64,000 nucleotides of DNA from an uncultured Gemmatimonadales bacterium (GCA_963816355.1 CAWFKH010000005.1:224001-288000), one strand, 5' to 3'; shown: positions 1 to 10,678, numbered from the stretch's first letter. The notes: generated by a model not told the origin, from the sequence alone. A program made the numbers and translations.

Positions 1-1843
1 GGCGTCGTCAACATCGTGACCGGCGACGGGCGCACCGGCGAGTGGATCGTGCGCCACCCCGACGTGCGCAAGATCGCCTTCACCGGCTCCACCGAGGTGG
101 GCCGCCTGATCCGCGCCGCGACGGCCGGCAGCGGCAAAAAGCTGTCGCTCGAGCTGGGCGGCAAGTCGCCGTTCATCGTCTTCGACGACGCAGACCTCGA
201 CAGCGTCGTGGAAGGCGTGGTCGACGCGATCTGGTTCAACCAGGGGCAGGTGTGCTGTGCCGGCTCCCGCATCCTCGCCCAGGAGGGGATCGCGGAGCGA
301 CTCACGGAAAAGCTGAAGGCGCGCATGGAGACGCTGCGCGTGGGCGATCCGCTCGACAAGGGCATCGACATCGGCGCCATCGTCGCGCCGGTGCAGCTCG
401 AGAAGATCGAGCGCCTCGTGCGGCAGGGCGTCGAGGAGGGCGCCCGCATGTGGCAGCCGTCGTGGAGCTGCCCGGCGGAAGGGCTCTTCTTCCCGCCCAC
501 GCTCTTCACGGACGTCGCCCCCGCGGCGACGATCGCGCAGGTCGAGATCTTCGGTCCCGTCGTCGCGCTGATGACCTTCCGCACCCCGACGGAGGCGGTC
601 GCGCTCGCCAACAACACGCGCTACGGCCTGGCCGCGAGCATCTGGACGGAAAACATCAACCTGGCGCTCGACATCGCGCCGAAGGTGAAGGCCGGCACCG
701 TCTGGGTGAACAGCACCAACCTCTTCGACGCGGCGTCCGGCTTCGGCGGCTATCGGGAGAGCGGCTTCGGCCGCGAGGGCGGCCGCGAGGGGATGGAGGA
801 GTACCTGGTCGAGGCGCTCCGCGGCGCGGGCGCGGCCGGTGGCGCGGCGGCGGGTGGCGGCGCGGACGCGGCCGGTGGCGTGGCGGGCGCGGACGCGGCG
901 GCTGGCGTGGCGGGCGCGGACGGCGACGACGGTGCGCCAGCCGGCGGCGGTGCGGCGGCCGGCGGCGGCGCGGCCGGCGCGGTGGGCTTCGGATCTCCGG
1001 CAATCGACCGGACAGCGAAGCTGTACATCGGCGGCAAGCAGGTGCGGCCGGACCAGGGGTACAGCCGGGAGGTGGTGGGGGCGGGCGGGGCGGTGGTCGG
1101 GCAGGTGGGCGTCGGCAACCGGAAGGACGTACGCAACGCGGTGGAGGCGGCGCACCGCGCGTCGTCGTGGGCGCGGGCGACGTCGCACAACCGGGCGCAG
1201 GTGCTCTACTACGTGGCGGAGAACCTGTGGGCGCGGGCGCGGGAGTTCAGCGGTCGCATCGCGGCGCTGAGCGGGGACGCGGCGGCGGCGGGGGCCGAAG
1301 TGGAGGCGGCGGTGGAACGGCTGTTCACGTGGGCGGCGTGGGCCGACAAGTACGACGGCGCGGTGCACCACACGCCGTTCCGCAACGTGACGCTGGCGAT
1401 GCCGGAGCCGATCGGCGTGATCGGGATCGTGTGTCCGGACGAGGCGCCGCTGCTCGCGTTCGTGTCGACGGTGGCGCCCGCGGTGGCGATGGGGAACACG
1501 GTGGTCGCGGTGCCGTCGGAGCGGTGGCCGCTGCCGGCGACGGACCTGTACCAGGTGTTCGAGACGTCGGACGTTCCGGGCGGGGTGGTGAACATCGTGA
1601 CGGGCGCGCGCGACGTCCTGACTCCGGTGCTCGCGGCCCACGACGACGTCGATGCGGTCTGGCACTTCGGCCCGGCGGAGGGGGACGAGGTCGTCGAACG
1701 GCTGTCGACAGGCAACATGAAGCGAACGTGGTGCGCGCACGGCGTGGCGCGGGAGTGGCGCGACGCCGCCGAAGGCGCGAGCGGCGAGTTCCTGCGACGC
1801 TCAACGCAGGTCAAGAACATTCTGGGTGCCATACGGCGAGTAG
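1..1843 (+). CDS. Two-domain aldehyde dehydrogenase (ALDH16-like), 5' partial, with an apparent 1-nt insertion near 1821
   Basis: Motifs FTGSTEVG, LELGGKSP, GQVCCAG (catalytic Cys) and EIFGPV, then a Gly/Ala linker and a second truncated ALDH domain. Removing one T from aacATTCtgg restores the C-terminus KNIWVPYGE* (TAG 1841-1843). Confidence 0.9.
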
Positions 1844-1853
1844 AGCGACTCGC

Positions 1854-1868
1854 TGGCACATCGGTTGC
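1854..1868 (+). promoter_or_regulatory. sigma-54 (-24/-12) promoter
   Basis: TGGCACATCGGTTGC (GG-N10-GC), about 40 nt upstream of the yihY ATG. Confidence 0.75.
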
Positions 1869-1908
1869 GCCCGCTTCCGGCCGGAATCGAACCGCCCGGG
1901 AGCGAGAG

Positions 1909-2766
1909 ATGGAGCACATCAAGGCGATCTTCAGTGAGGCCCTCGCCGACAACATCACCGGCGAGTCCGCGAAGGCGGCCTACTACTTCTTCCTCTCGCT
2001 CTTCCCCCTCCTCCTCGCCGTCTTCGCGCTGACCGGGCTGGTGGGCGGCGACGCCGCCTTCGACTGGATCATGGGCCGGATCAGCCGCGCCGCGCCGCCG
2101 ACCACCGCCGACTTCCTCTCCGGCTTCGCGCGGCAGGTCACGTCGCGACCGCGGCCGGACGCGCTGTCGATCGGCGTCGTGCTGATGGTGTGGTCCGCGT
2201 CGAACGTCTTCTCTGCCCTGACCGATGGCCTCAACACGATGTACGACATCCGCGAGTCCCGCGGATGGTGGCGCAAGAAGGCGGTCGCGCTGGCGGTCAC
2301 GGCGATCGCGGTCGTCCTGCTGGGCGGCGGTGCGGCGCTGATCGTCGCCGGTCCGGAGATCCTGCGCGGCCTCGGCGTGGGCCTGGCCGCGCGCTGGATC
2401 CGCTGGCCGCTCGCCGTGCTGCTCGTCGTGACGATGATGTGGATCGTCTACTTCTGGCTGCCGAACCGGGATCAGAGCGACGTGAAGGCGGAAGCGCTGC
2501 TCGGCGCGGTGGTGGGCACGGCGCTGTGGATCGGCATCACGATGCTCTTCCGCGTCTACGTCTCGAACTTCGGCAGCTACGGCGCGACGTACGGCGTGGT
2601 GGGGGGTATCATCGTGCTGCTGCTCTGGATGTACCTTACCGCGCTCGCGATCCTCTTCGGCGGCGAGGTCGCGGCCGTGTGGGAGGGGCGCCGGTCGGGC
2701 GAGGCGGGCCGCGAAGGGGCCCTTGCGCGCGGAACGAACGCTGCGTCACCTTCTCGCGGATCCTGA
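1909..2766 (+). CDS. yihY: YihY/virulence factor BrkB family membrane protein
   Basis: AAYYFFLSLFPLL, LNTMYDIRESRGWW, YGATYGVVGGIIVLLLWMY; multiple TM helices. Confidence 0.9.
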   Translation: MEHIKAIFSEALADNITGESAKAAYYFFLSLFPLLLAVFALTGLVGGDAAFDWIMGRISRAAPPTTADFLSGFARQVTSRPRPDALSIGVVLMVWSASNVFSALTDGLNTMYDIRESRGWWRKKAVALAVTAIAVVLLGGGAALIVAGPEILRGLGVGLAARWIRWPLAVLLVVTMMWIVYFWLPNRDQSDVKAEALLGAVVGTALWIGITMLFRVYVSNFGSYGATYGVVGGIIVLLLWMYLTALAILFGGEVAAVWEGRRSGEAGREGALARGTNAASPSRGS

Positions 2767-2778
2767 AAGGACGACGCC

Positions 2779-3306
2779 ATGACGGAAGCCCAGCACGCGA
2801 AGCAGGTCCACGGGGGCAACGGGCAGCGCCCGCTGTCGCCGGAGGAGATGCGGCACGAGATCAACCAGACGCGGGAGCGGCTGTCGAGCACACTCGACCG
2901 CATCGGCGAGCAGCTCGAGCAGAAGCGGGACGAGCTGCGGCAGAAGGCTGACTTCGTAAGGCCGCTGCGGGATCGCGTACGCGAAAGTCCGCTGCCTACA
3001 CTCGGCGTCGCGTTCGCCGCGGGCATCGTCGTGGGCCTGCTGCGCGGGAGCCGGCGCGGGGATGCGGACGGGGCCGAGGTCCTCGAGCGCGAGGTGCCGG
3101 TCTACGTCGAGGCGCCGCCGGATGCCCAGATGGCCTCCTACGACCACGCGCACGCGGCGCACCACTCCTTCCTGCACGAGTTGCGCAGCGTGGTGCTTCA
3201 CCAGGTCAGCAACGCGGTGATCGCCGCGATCGCGGGCCTGATCTCGGCGAAGGTGGCGCAGCACGACGAGGAGGAGACGCACCGACGTCGCCGCCGCACG
3301 CGCTGA
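2779..3306 (+). CDS. DUF3618-like protein with coiled coil and TM segment
   Basis: SPEEMRHEINQTRERLSSTLDRI, then PLPTLGVAFAAGIVVGLL; RBS AAGGA. Confidence 0.6.
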   Translation: MTEAQHAKQVHGGNGQRPLSPEEMRHEINQTRERLSSTLDRIGEQLEQKRDELRQKADFVRPLRDRVRESPLPTLGVAFAAGIVVGLLRGSRRGDADGAEVLEREVPVYVEAPPDAQMASYDHAHAAHHSFLHELRSVVLHQVSNAVIAAIAGLISAKVAQHDEEETHRRRRRTR

Positions 3307-3337
3307 ACCTTTCGCGCGCTCGCGCGTAATGTGAGCC

Positions 3338-4108
3338 ATGGCAAGCAAACCGAAAAGCCAGCGGGCCCCGCGGGCCGGGTCGGCGAGCGCGGAGGCGCCG
3401 GAGTCGGCGGCGCGCGGGGCCGGAGGCGCGGCCCAGTGGCTCTGGGAGTGGACGAAGTCGCTGGGTGGGGCGGTCCTCCTCTTCATCGTCATCCGCACGC
3501 TCCTGATCCAGACGTTCGTGATCACGTCGGGCTCGATGGAGAAGACGCTGCTGGTGGGCGACTTCCTCGTGCTGAACAAGGCGGCGTACGGCGCGGAGAT
3601 CCCGTTCACGCGGAAGCGGCTGCCGGGCTACGCGGAGTTCCAGCGCGGCGACGTCATCGTCTTCCGGGCGGCGCACGCGCCGGACCTCGACCTGGTCAAG
3701 CGGCTGATCGGTCTGCCGGGCGACACGCTGTCGATGCGGAACGCGGTCCTCTACCTCGACGGCAAGCCGCAGACGGAGCCGTACGTGCAGCACGTCAGCC
3801 CGGACGCGGACGGCTACCATCCCTGGATGGTGTGGCAGAAGCAGTATCTGGCGCCCGGCGTGGACCCGGCGACGTATCACCCCACGCTCAACAACTGGGG
3901 GCCGATCGTCGTGCCACCGGGCCATTTCTTCGCCATGGGCGACAACCGTGACCTCAGCCTCGACTCGCGATACTGGGGCTTCGTCGACGCGACGAAAGTG
4001 AAGGGGCGCGTCCTCGGGATCTACTTCTCCTACGACCCGGACGCGGCTGACATCGTACCGTGGCTGCAGGACATCCGCTGGCACCGCATCTTCCACGGCG
4101 TGCACTGA
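3338..4108 (+). CDS. lepB: Signal peptidase I
   Basis: ITSGSMEKTL (Ser), LVKRLIGLPGD (Lys), MGDNRDLSLDSRYWG. Confidence 0.95.
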   Translation: MASKPKSQRAPRAGSASAEAPESAARGAGGAAQWLWEWTKSLGGAVLLFIVIRTLLIQTFVITSGSMEKTLLVGDFLVLNKAAYGAEIPFTRKRLPGYAEFQRGDVIVFRAAHAPDLDLVKRLIGLPGDTLSMRNAVLYLDGKPQTEPYVQHVSPDADGYHPWMVWQKQYLAPGVDPATYHPTLNNWGPIVVPPGHFFAMGDNRDLSLDSRYWGFVDATKVKGRVLGIYFSYDPDAADIVPWLQDIRWHRIFHGVH

Positions 4109-4159
4109 GCGCCGCGCGCTGGGCGCCCCAGCGGGACCGCTAGGCGCTCCAGCGGCGGG

Positions 4160-5170
4160 CTAGGCGCCCCAGCCCCGGGCCGGTGCCTCCGCCTCGCCCG
4201 CATCCGGCGGCGGTGCGGCTCCGCCATCCTCGTCCGCCGGCTCGCGTCGCCGCCGCGCTTCACGGCGCTCGATCAGGATCGACACGAACAGCGAGAGGCT
4301 CAGCAGCGCGAGGACCGCGACGAGCATCAGCCACGTCTCCACGTGCACCAGCTCGGCGAGCAGCATCTTCACGCCGACCAACGCGAGCACCACCGCGAGG
4401 CCGTACTTCAGGTACTCGAAGCGCTCCAGCATGCCCGCGAGCGCGAAGTAAAGCGCGCGCAGCCCCAGGATCGCGAACAGGTTCGACGTGAAGACGATGA
4501 ACGGGTCCGTCGTCACCGCGAAGATGGCGGGGATCGAATCGAGCGCGAAGAGGACGTCCGTCGTCTCGACCACGATCAACACGAGGACGAGCGGCGTGAT
4601 CAGAAGGCGGCCGCCCTCGCGGACGAAGAAATGGTCGTCGTGATAGGTCCGGGAGACCGGGAGCAGGCGCCGCGCCGCGCGCACGAAGATGTTGCGATCC
4701 GGCTCCACCCGCTCCTCGACGCCGAGGGCCATGCGCACGGCGGCGTAGAGCAGGAACGCTCCGAAGATGTAGGTGATCCAGTCGAAGCGGCGAATGAGCG
4801 AGGTGCCGAGCAGGATCAGGACGAGCCGCATGCCCGCCGCCCCGATGATGCCCCAGAAGAGCACCTTGTGCTGGTACTTCCGCGGGACGCCGAAATAGGT
4901 GAAGATGAGCGCGAAGACGAAGATGTTGTCGACGCTCAGCGACTTCTCGATCACGTAGCCGGTGAGGAATTCGAGCGCCGGCTGGTGCCCCTCGAAGACG
5001 AGGATGAAGCCATTGAAGGCGAGGGAGAGAGCGACCCAGACGAGAGTCCAGAGGATCGACTCGCGGATCGAGATCGCGTGCGGATTGCGGTTGAACACGC
5101 CCAGATCGATCGCCAGCATGCCGACGATCAATCCACCGAACCCCACCCAGAACCAGATCGATTCTCTCAT
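4160..5170 (-). CDS. terC: TerC/Alx family metal homeostasis membrane protein
   Basis: YVIEKSLSVDNIFVF, DVLFALDSIPAIFAVT, FTSNLFAILGLRALYF. Confidence 0.92.
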   Translation of the reverse strand: MRESIWFWVGFGGLIVGMLAIDLGVFNRNPHAISIRESILWTLVWVALSLAFNGFILVFEGHQPALEFLTGYVIEKSLSVDNIFVFALIFTYFGVPRKYQHKVLFWGIIGAAGMRLVLILLGTSLIRRFDWITYIFGAFLLYAAVRMALGVEERVEPDRNIFVRAARRLLPVSRTYHDDHFFVREGGRLLITPLVLVLIVVETTDVLFALDSIPAIFAVTTDPFIVFTSNLFAILGLRALYFALAGMLERFEYLKYGLAVVLALVGVKMLLAELVHVETWLMLVAVLALLSLSLFVSILIERREARRRREPADEDGGAAPPPDAGEAEAPARGWGA

Positions 5171-5230
5171 TCGGACCACGCAAGCGGCGACCAGCGCCGA
5201 TCGTCATCGGTTGCGAGGAGGCGGACCGAA

Positions 5231-5740
5231 ATGAACGGCCTCTCCGCGCGCGAACCGCGACCCGGCGCCGCCGAGCCGCGACGCTCCATCGCGCCGCTCG
5301 TCGTCTCGCTGCTCGTGGCCGGAGCCTTAATACTCGTCATGGGCTACTGGGTCGGCAAGCGGCAGGCCGCGGGCGCCGCCGTCGATTCGCCTCCAGGCAA
5401 CCTCACGCTCCTCGAGCCCCGCGACGGCGCGGTCGTCGACGGCGACGCGCTCGTGCTGGTCTTCCGCACCGACGCTCCCCTCGAGCTGACGCCGCGCGGC
5501 TGGCTCGCCGGGGCATGGCACGTGCACGCGATGGTGGACGACGTCGCGCGCATGGCGGGGGCGTCCGATCTGCGCGCCAGCGGCGCCGGCCACTTCGCCT
5601 GGACGCTCGTCCTCCCACCGGGCGAGCACACGCTCGCGTTGCGGTGGGCCACCCTCGAGCACCGCGTGGTGACGCGGGGCGGCTCGGCCCGCATCCGGGT
5701 GCGCGTGCGCGGAGCGGCTCGTGCCGGGTCCGGAGCGTGA
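5231..5740 (+). CDS. Membrane-anchored periplasmic protein, DUF4399-like, possibly metal binding
   Basis: RBS GAGGAGG; N-terminal TM; WHVHAMVD and LPPGEHTL motifs. Confidence 0.55.
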   Translation: MNGLSAREPRPGAAEPRRSIAPLVVSLLVAGALILVMGYWVGKRQAAGAAVDSPPGNLTLLEPRDGAVVDGDALVLVFRTDAPLELTPRGWLAGAWHVHAMVDDVARMAGASDLRASGAGHFAWTLVLPPGEHTLALRWATLEHRVVTRGGSARIRVRVRGAARAGSGA

Positions 5741-5741
5741 T

Positions 5742-5770
5742 TTGCCGGAACGGCAGCAGCGGGATAGTGT
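5742..5770 (+). promoter_or_regulatory. sigma-70-type promoter
   Basis: TTGCCG-N17-TAGTGT upstream of the gene at 5813. Confidence 0.45.
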
Positions 5771-5812
5771 ATGGGAATAGCTTACACGACATCGACGGCA
5801 GAAGGAGGCGCT

Positions 5813-6124
5813 TTGGGACGGAAGCATGAGAAGACGGATTTCGATCGCGCACGAGACGAGCTCATGAGCCTGGTACACCGCTGCGGCGTTCTGCAGGCGA
5901 ACGAGGAGCAGCAGAACGAGTGGCTCAAGGAGACCGTGGAATACATGGCGGGCCGCTACCCGGCGCTCTCGAAGATGGAGCGCGCGAACCTGGAGCTGGT
6001 GGGCCGCCGTTTCTGCGCGCCCGTGATCGCGCACGGCGCGGACAGCACGGCGCTGACGCGGGACGACGAGACGGCGGAGCCGGATACCGGTGAGACGCCA
6101 TCAAAGGCGATGCAGGCGGCGTAA
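5813..6124 (+). CDS. Small helical hypothetical protein (TTG start)
   Basis: RBS AAGGAGG before TTG 5813; natural-looking sequence DFDRARDELMSLVHRCGVL. Confidence 0.7.
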   Translation: MGRKHEKTDFDRARDELMSLVHRCGVLQANEEQQNEWLKETVEYMAGRYPALSKMERANLELVGRRFCAPVIAHGADSTALTRDDETAEPDTGETPSKAMQAA

Positions 6125-6217
6125 GCGCTCGAAAGTGCGCGGTCGCGCGCGGCATCCGCGTGCTTGGAGGGCCGTGGAGGCGAGAGCTTCCGCGGCTTTC
6201 TCGCATCCATGGGGGAG

Positions 6218-7312
6218 TCAGGAGGAGGCGGAGAGGTCGCGGCAGAGGCGGATGCGGTCGTGGAGCGCAGCGTCGTCCGCGGCGCGCAGCGTGATGTGGC
6301 CGAGCTTGCGGCCCGGGCGGGGGTCCTTGCCGTAGAGGTGGACGGCGCATTCGGGGACCTCGAGCAGACGAGGCAGCGGGGGCACGGATCCGATCAGGTT
6401 GAGCATGGCGACGCGGCCGAAGACGCGGGTCGAGCCGAGGGGCAGGCCGAGGATGGCGCGGAGGTGGTTCTCGAACTGACTGGTGGCGGCGCCCTCGATC
6501 GACCAGTGGCCGGAATTGTGGACGCGGGGGGCCATCTCGTTGGCGAGCAGGTGCGGCCCGTGCTGGAAGAGTTCGATGGCGAGCATGCCCACGTAGTCCA
6601 GCCGCTCGAGGGCGGCGCGCGCGATGCGCTCCGCCTCCTCCTGGAGGGCGGCATCGAGGCCGGAGGCGGGCGCGATGCTGAGGCGCAGGATTCCGCCTTC
6701 GTGGTGGTTTTCGACCAGGGGGTAGAAGGCGCAGGCGCCGTCGCGGCCGCGCGCGGCGAGGATCGAGAGCTCGCGCCGGAAGTCGACGAAGCCCTCGAGG
6801 ATGAGGGGCCGTTCGCCGAGGGTCTGCCAGGCCGCGGCGATGTCGGCGTCCGTGGCGATGCGGACCTGACCCTTGCCGTCGTAGCCCCAGCGGCGGGTTT
6901 TGAGGATGGCGGGCAGACCGACGCGGGCGGCGGCGGCACGCAGGTCGGCCTCGGAGTCGACCGGCTCGAACGGGGCGGTTCCGATGCCGAGCGCGCGGAA
7001 GAAGCGCTTTTCGGCGAGGCGGTCCTGGGCGACCTCGAGCGCGGCGGGCGGCGGCAGGACGGGCACGTGCTGCTCGAGGTGGCGCGCGGCGTCGACGGGC
7101 ACGTTCTCGAACTCGTAGGTGGCGACGTCGAGTCCGCGCGCGAAGCGGTCGAGGGCGTCACGGTCGTCGTAGGGTCCGACGACGGGCTCGGAGAGGGGAC
7201 GGGCGGGCGGCGCGTGCTCGGGCGAGAGGTGGCGGAATCGGAAGCCGAGCGGGTGTCCGGCGAGGGCGATCATGCGCGCGAGCTGGCCCGCGCCCAGGAT
7301 GCCGACTCTCAA
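6218..7312 (-). CDS. purK: N5-CAIR synthase
   Basis: [43 protein letters not shown] start overlaps the purE stop. Confidence 0.95.
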   Translation of the reverse strand: MRVGILGAGQLARMIALAGHPLGFRFRHLSPEHAPPARPLSEPVVGPYDDRDALDRFARGLDVATYEFENVPVDAARHLEQHVPVLPPPAALEVAQDRLAEKRFFRALGIGTAPFEPVDSEADLRAAAARVGLPAILKTRRWGYDGKGQVRIATDADIAAAWQTLGERPLILEGFVDFRRELSILAARGRDGACAFYPLVENHHEGGILRLSIAPASGLDAALQEEAERIARAALERLDYVGMLAIELFQHGPHLLANEMAPRVHNSGHWSIEGAATSQFENHLRAILGLPLGSTRVFGRVAMLNLIGSVPPLPRLLEVPECAVHLYGKDPRPGRKLGHITLRAADDAALHDRIRLCRDLSASS

Positions 7313-7806
7313 GGCTCTGCGGCGGGATCCGCCTCGTCGAGGACGCGCTGGGTCTGTTCGGCGCGGAAGCGGCGGAGCGCGACGCCGATCGCGTCGTCGG
7401 AGAGGGCGAGGATGGCGGCGGCGGCGAGGGCGGCGTTGACGGCGCCGGAGCGGCCGATGGCGAACGTGGCGACCGGGACGCCCGCGGGCATCTGCACGAT
7501 GGAGAGCAGCGAGTCGATGCCGTCGAGGGCGCGGCTCTGGACCGGCACGCCGAGGACCGGCAGAGCGGTCTTCGCCGCGGTCATGCCGGGCAGGTGCGCC
7601 GCGCCGCCAGCGCCGGCGATGACGACGCGGATACCGCGCCGCTCGGCGCTCTCCGCGTACTCGAAGAGCAGGTCCGGCGTGCGGTGCGCGGAGACGACGC
7701 GCGTCTCGAAGGGAACGCCGAGCCGCTCGAGCGTGTCGGCGGCGTGGCGCATGGTCTCCCAGTCGGAGCGCGATCCCATGATCACGCCCACGAGCGCTCC
7801 TGCCAT
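7309..7806 (-). CDS. purE: N5-CAIR mutase
   Basis: [41 protein letters not shown]. Confidence 0.97.
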   Translation of the reverse strand: MAGALVGVIMGSRSDWETMRHAADTLERLGVPFETRVVSAHRTPDLLFEYAESAERRGIRVVIAGAGGAAHLPGMTAAKTALPVLGVPVQSRALDGIDSLLSIVQMPAGVPVATFAIGRSGAVNAALAAAAILALSDDAIGVALRRFRAEQTQRVLDEADPAAEP

Positions 7807-7921
7807 GATGATCCTTCCGCGGAAGTCGTTGCGGCCGGTGCTCCGGCGCGATCCCGGTGGTGCCGGCTCTGCGGACGCGCCTATCTTGGGAGGAGCCGAC
7901 GCGAGCGTCAACGCCGGGCGG

Positions 7922-7936
7922 TGGCACGGCGGCTGC
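7922..7936 (+). promoter_or_regulatory. sigma-54 promoter
   Basis: TGGCACGGCGGCTGC (GG-N10-GC), about 70 nt upstream of ATG 8006. Confidence 0.65.
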
Positions 7937-8005
7937 GCGTCTCAGCGCCGGCGGCGGTCGCAGCGCGCGGCCTCCGGCGACAGCAGAAGAAGAGAGGTGG
8001 CAGCC

Positions 8006-8362
8006 ATGGCTGAAGCGGCGAGAGGGTCGAAGAACGTGGGGGAGACGGAGCGCTGGGCGTCCGGACTGCTCGGCGGCATGCTCGCGCTGGCGGGCGTGCG
8101 CGGCCGCGGCATGATCGGTCTGGGCGCCGCGGCGGCGGGCGCCTTCCTGCTCAAGCGGGCGTTCACCGGCCACTGCGAGGTCTACGACGCGCTCGACATC
8201 GACACGACGGTCGACGACCGTTCCGCGCCCGCCGCCGCCGCGGCGAGGGCAAGGGTCCCGCCGTGGAACACGGTCGACGAGGCGTCGGACGAGTCGTTCC
8301 CGGCGAGCGATCCTCCCGCATGGACTCCGACAGGCACGACCGTCGGTCCGGAGGAGGAGTGA
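8006..8362 (+). CDS. DUF2892/YgaP-like membrane protein
   Basis: KNVGETERWAS...RAFTGHCEVYDALDI; C-terminal VDEASDESFPASDPPAWT. Confidence 0.8.
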   Translation: MAEAARGSKNVGETERWASGLLGGMLALAGVRGRGMIGLGAAAAGAFLLKRAFTGHCEVYDALDIDTTVDDRSAPAAAAARARVPPWNTVDEASDESFPASDPPAWTPTGTTVGPEEE

Positions 8363-8372
8363 GGCGGCGGCA

Positions 8373-9326
8373 ATGACGACGGCGGCGGCGGCGCTGACGA
8401 CGGCGGCGGCGGCGGCGCTCGGCGCGCGCTTCGGCCGCGAGCGCCTGGAGCGGGACGTGCCGCTGGCGCCGCTCACGACGTTCCGCATCGGCGGCCCGGC
8501 GGACCTGCTGCTGCGCGTTCGCAGCGCGGACGAACTCGCGGACGCCGTCGCGCTCGCGCGGGAGGCCGCGCTTCCCCACTTCCTGCTGGGCGCGGGCGCG
8601 AACATCCTGGTGGGGGAGAGGGGCTTCCGCGGTCTGGTGATCCGCAACGAGGCCCGCGGCGTCGAGGTGGAGGAGGAGCGCGTGCGCGCGGAGAGCGGCG
8701 TCGTCGTTTTCCACGACCTCATCGAGGCGACGGTCTCGCGGGGGCTGGGCGGGCTCCATCACTACGTGGGGATCCCGAGCACGGTGGGAGGCGCGATCTG
8801 GCAGAACCTGCACTTCCTGGCGCCGGACCGCGAGCGCACGGTCTTCATCGAAGAGGTCGTCGAGGCGTGCGAGCTGCTCAGCGAGGAGGGGGAGCGGCGG
8901 ACGGTCGGCGTCGATTACCTGCGCTTCGGCTACGACTGGAGCATCCTGCACGAGCGGCGCGACGTCGTGCTCGCGGTCACGTTCCGGCTGCGGAGCCGGC
9001 CACAAGCCGAGCTGCGGGAGGTGATGCGCGAGAACCTGAAGTGGCGCGACGACCGGCACCCCGACCTTTGGCTCTATCCGTCCGCGGGTTCGATCTTCCA
9101 GAAGATCGACGGCGTGGGCGCCGGCCGTCTGATCGACGCGTGCGGCCTCAAGGGTCGCGTCCTCGGCAACGCCCAGATCTTCCACCGGCACGCCAACATC
9201 ATCGTCAACCTGGGCGGCGCGACGGCCTCCGACGTGCGCGCGCTGATCGATCTGGCCCGCGAGACCGTGGCGCGCGAAACGGGCCACGAGCTGACGCCCG
9301 AGATCGGCATGATCGGCGAATTCTGA
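8373..9326 (+). CDS. murB: UDP-N-acetylmuramate dehydrogenase
   Basis: TTFRIGGPAD, LGAGANIL, GIPSTVGGA, PSAGSIF, HANIIVN. Confidence 0.92.
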   Translation: MTTAAAALTTAAAAALGARFGRERLERDVPLAPLTTFRIGGPADLLLRVRSADELADAVALAREAALPHFLLGAGANILVGERGFRGLVIRNEARGVEVEEERVRAESGVVVFHDLIEATVSRGLGGLHHYVGIPSTVGGAIWQNLHFLAPDRERTVFIEEVVEACELLSEEGERRTVGVDYLRFGYDWSILHERRDVVLAVTFRLRSRPQAELREVMRENLKWRDDRHPDLWLYPSAGSIFQKIDGVGAGRLIDACGLKGRVLGNAQIFHRHANIIVNLGGATASDVRALIDLARETVARETGHELTPEIGMIGEF

Positions 9327-9356
9327 AGGCGCGCCGCGACCCGCACCCGCCCGCGC

Positions 9357-10586
9357 TCAGCGCAGACCCCGCACCCCTTCCACCAGCCGGTCGACCTCCG
9401 CCTCCGTCGTGTAACAGGCGCAGCCCGCGCGCACGACGCCGTCCGCCTCGTGCCCGAGGCGACGCACGACCGTCGCGGCGTAGAAGTCGCCGTGCGACAG
9501 GAAGAGGGCGAGCTCCGCCAGGCGCGCGGCCACGTCGGCGGCGGGGATGCCGCTGACGACGAACGAAACCGTGGGCGTGCGTGGGCGCTCGGGCGGCGGC
9601 GGGAAGAGCGTGACGCCTTCGATCGACTCCAGCCCCTGCCACAGCCTGCGTAGCAGCGCCTCGCCGCGCGCGTGGAGCGTGGCGAACGCGGCGTCCAGGC
9701 GACGTCGCCGGTCCGCCTCGCCGGCGCCGGCGCCCGCGACCGAGGCGAGAAAGTCGACCGCGGCGGTCGCGCCGGCGATGCTCTCGTGCGCCTGCGTGCC
9801 GGTCTCGAGGCGCTCCGCGGTGCGGTTCGGTGCCGGCGCGACGCGCGGCACGTCGAGCGCCTCCACGAGCGGCAGGCGGCCCCAGAGGACGCCGAGGTGC
9901 GGGCCGTAGAACTTGTACGGTGAGCAGGCGAGGAAGTCGCAGCCGATCGAAGCGACGTCGATGCGCTCGTGCGCCGCGAGATGGACGGCGTCGACGAAGC
10001 AGAGCGCGCCGGCGTCGTGCGCGAGGGCGGCGGCGCGCTTGACGTCCGTGATGGTGCCGAGCGCGTTGGAGGCGGCGCCGATCGCGACGAGGCGGGTGCG
10101 CGGCCCGAGGGCGGCGCGCAGCGCGTCCGGCTCGAGCTCGCCCGTGGCGGGGTCGAAGGGGACGGCGCGGACGGTGGCGCCGCGCTCGGCGGCGGCCTCG
10201 CGCCACGGGTCGATGTCGGCGTGGTGGTCGAGGTCCGTGACGACGACCTCGTCGCCCGGCTCCCAGCGGCGGGCGAGCGCGCGCGAGAGGTGGAAGGTGA
10301 GCGCCGTCATGTTGGGTCCGAAGGCGATCTCCTCGGGGGCGCCGCCCAGGAAGTCGGCGAGGGCGAGGCGGCCGGCGGCGATGATGGCGTCCGTCTCGAC
10401 GCTCGTCGGATAGCGCCAGTGCGTGTTGGCGCTGTGGCGGAGCAGGTAGTCGCGCACGGCGTCGGCGACGGCGCGGGGCACCTGGGTGCCGCCGGGCGCG
10501 TCGAAGTAGGCGACGGCGCGGCCGGCGTGGCGACGGTCGAGCGCGGGGAAGCGCGCGCGGATCTCTGGCGTGGTGAGCGGTTTCAT
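9357..10586 (-). CDS. Cysteine desulfurase-like PLP enzyme (aminotransferase class V)
   Basis: YFDAPGGTQVP, LDHHADIDPW, FVDAVH, CSPYKFYGPH, ETGT. Confidence 0.9.
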   Translation of the reverse strand: MKPLTTPEIRARFPALDRRHAGRAVAYFDAPGGTQVPRAVADAVRDYLLRHSANTHWRYPTSVETDAIIAAGRLALADFLGGAPEEIAFGPNMTALTFHLSRALARRWEPGDEVVVTDLDHHADIDPWREAAAERGATVRAVPFDPATGELEPDALRAALGPRTRLVAIGAASNALGTITDVKRAAALAHDAGALCFVDAVHLAAHERIDVASIGCDFLACSPYKFYGPHLGVLWGRLPLVEALDVPRVAPAPNRTAERLETGTQAHESIAGATAAVDFLASVAGAGAGEADRRRRLDAAFATLHARGEALLRRLWQGLESIEGVTLFPPPPERPRTPTVSFVVSGIPAADVAARLAELALFLSHGDFYAATVVRRLGHEADGVVRAGCACYTTEAEVDRLVEGVRGLR

Positions 10587-10662
10587 CGGCGGGAATGTGC
10601 GGCGTGGCGGGCCGGCGATCAAACGCCGATCGGCCCCGCCCCTGCCCGCGGCCGCCGGAGTT

Positions 10663-10678
10663 CGGCAGATTCCTTGCA
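10663..10678 (+). promoter_or_regulatory. sigma-54 promoter
   Basis: CGGCAGATTCCTTGCA (GG-N10-GC), about 55 nt upstream of GTG 10732. Confidence 0.65.

Noticed and set aside
16..2766. 916-aa ALDH-YihY fusion
   Set aside because: Explained by a single extra base near 1821; yihY has its own promoter and ATG
5171..5230. yybP-ykoY Mn riboswitch upstream of terC
   Set aside because: Only 60 nt of divergent intergenic space and no recognisable motif
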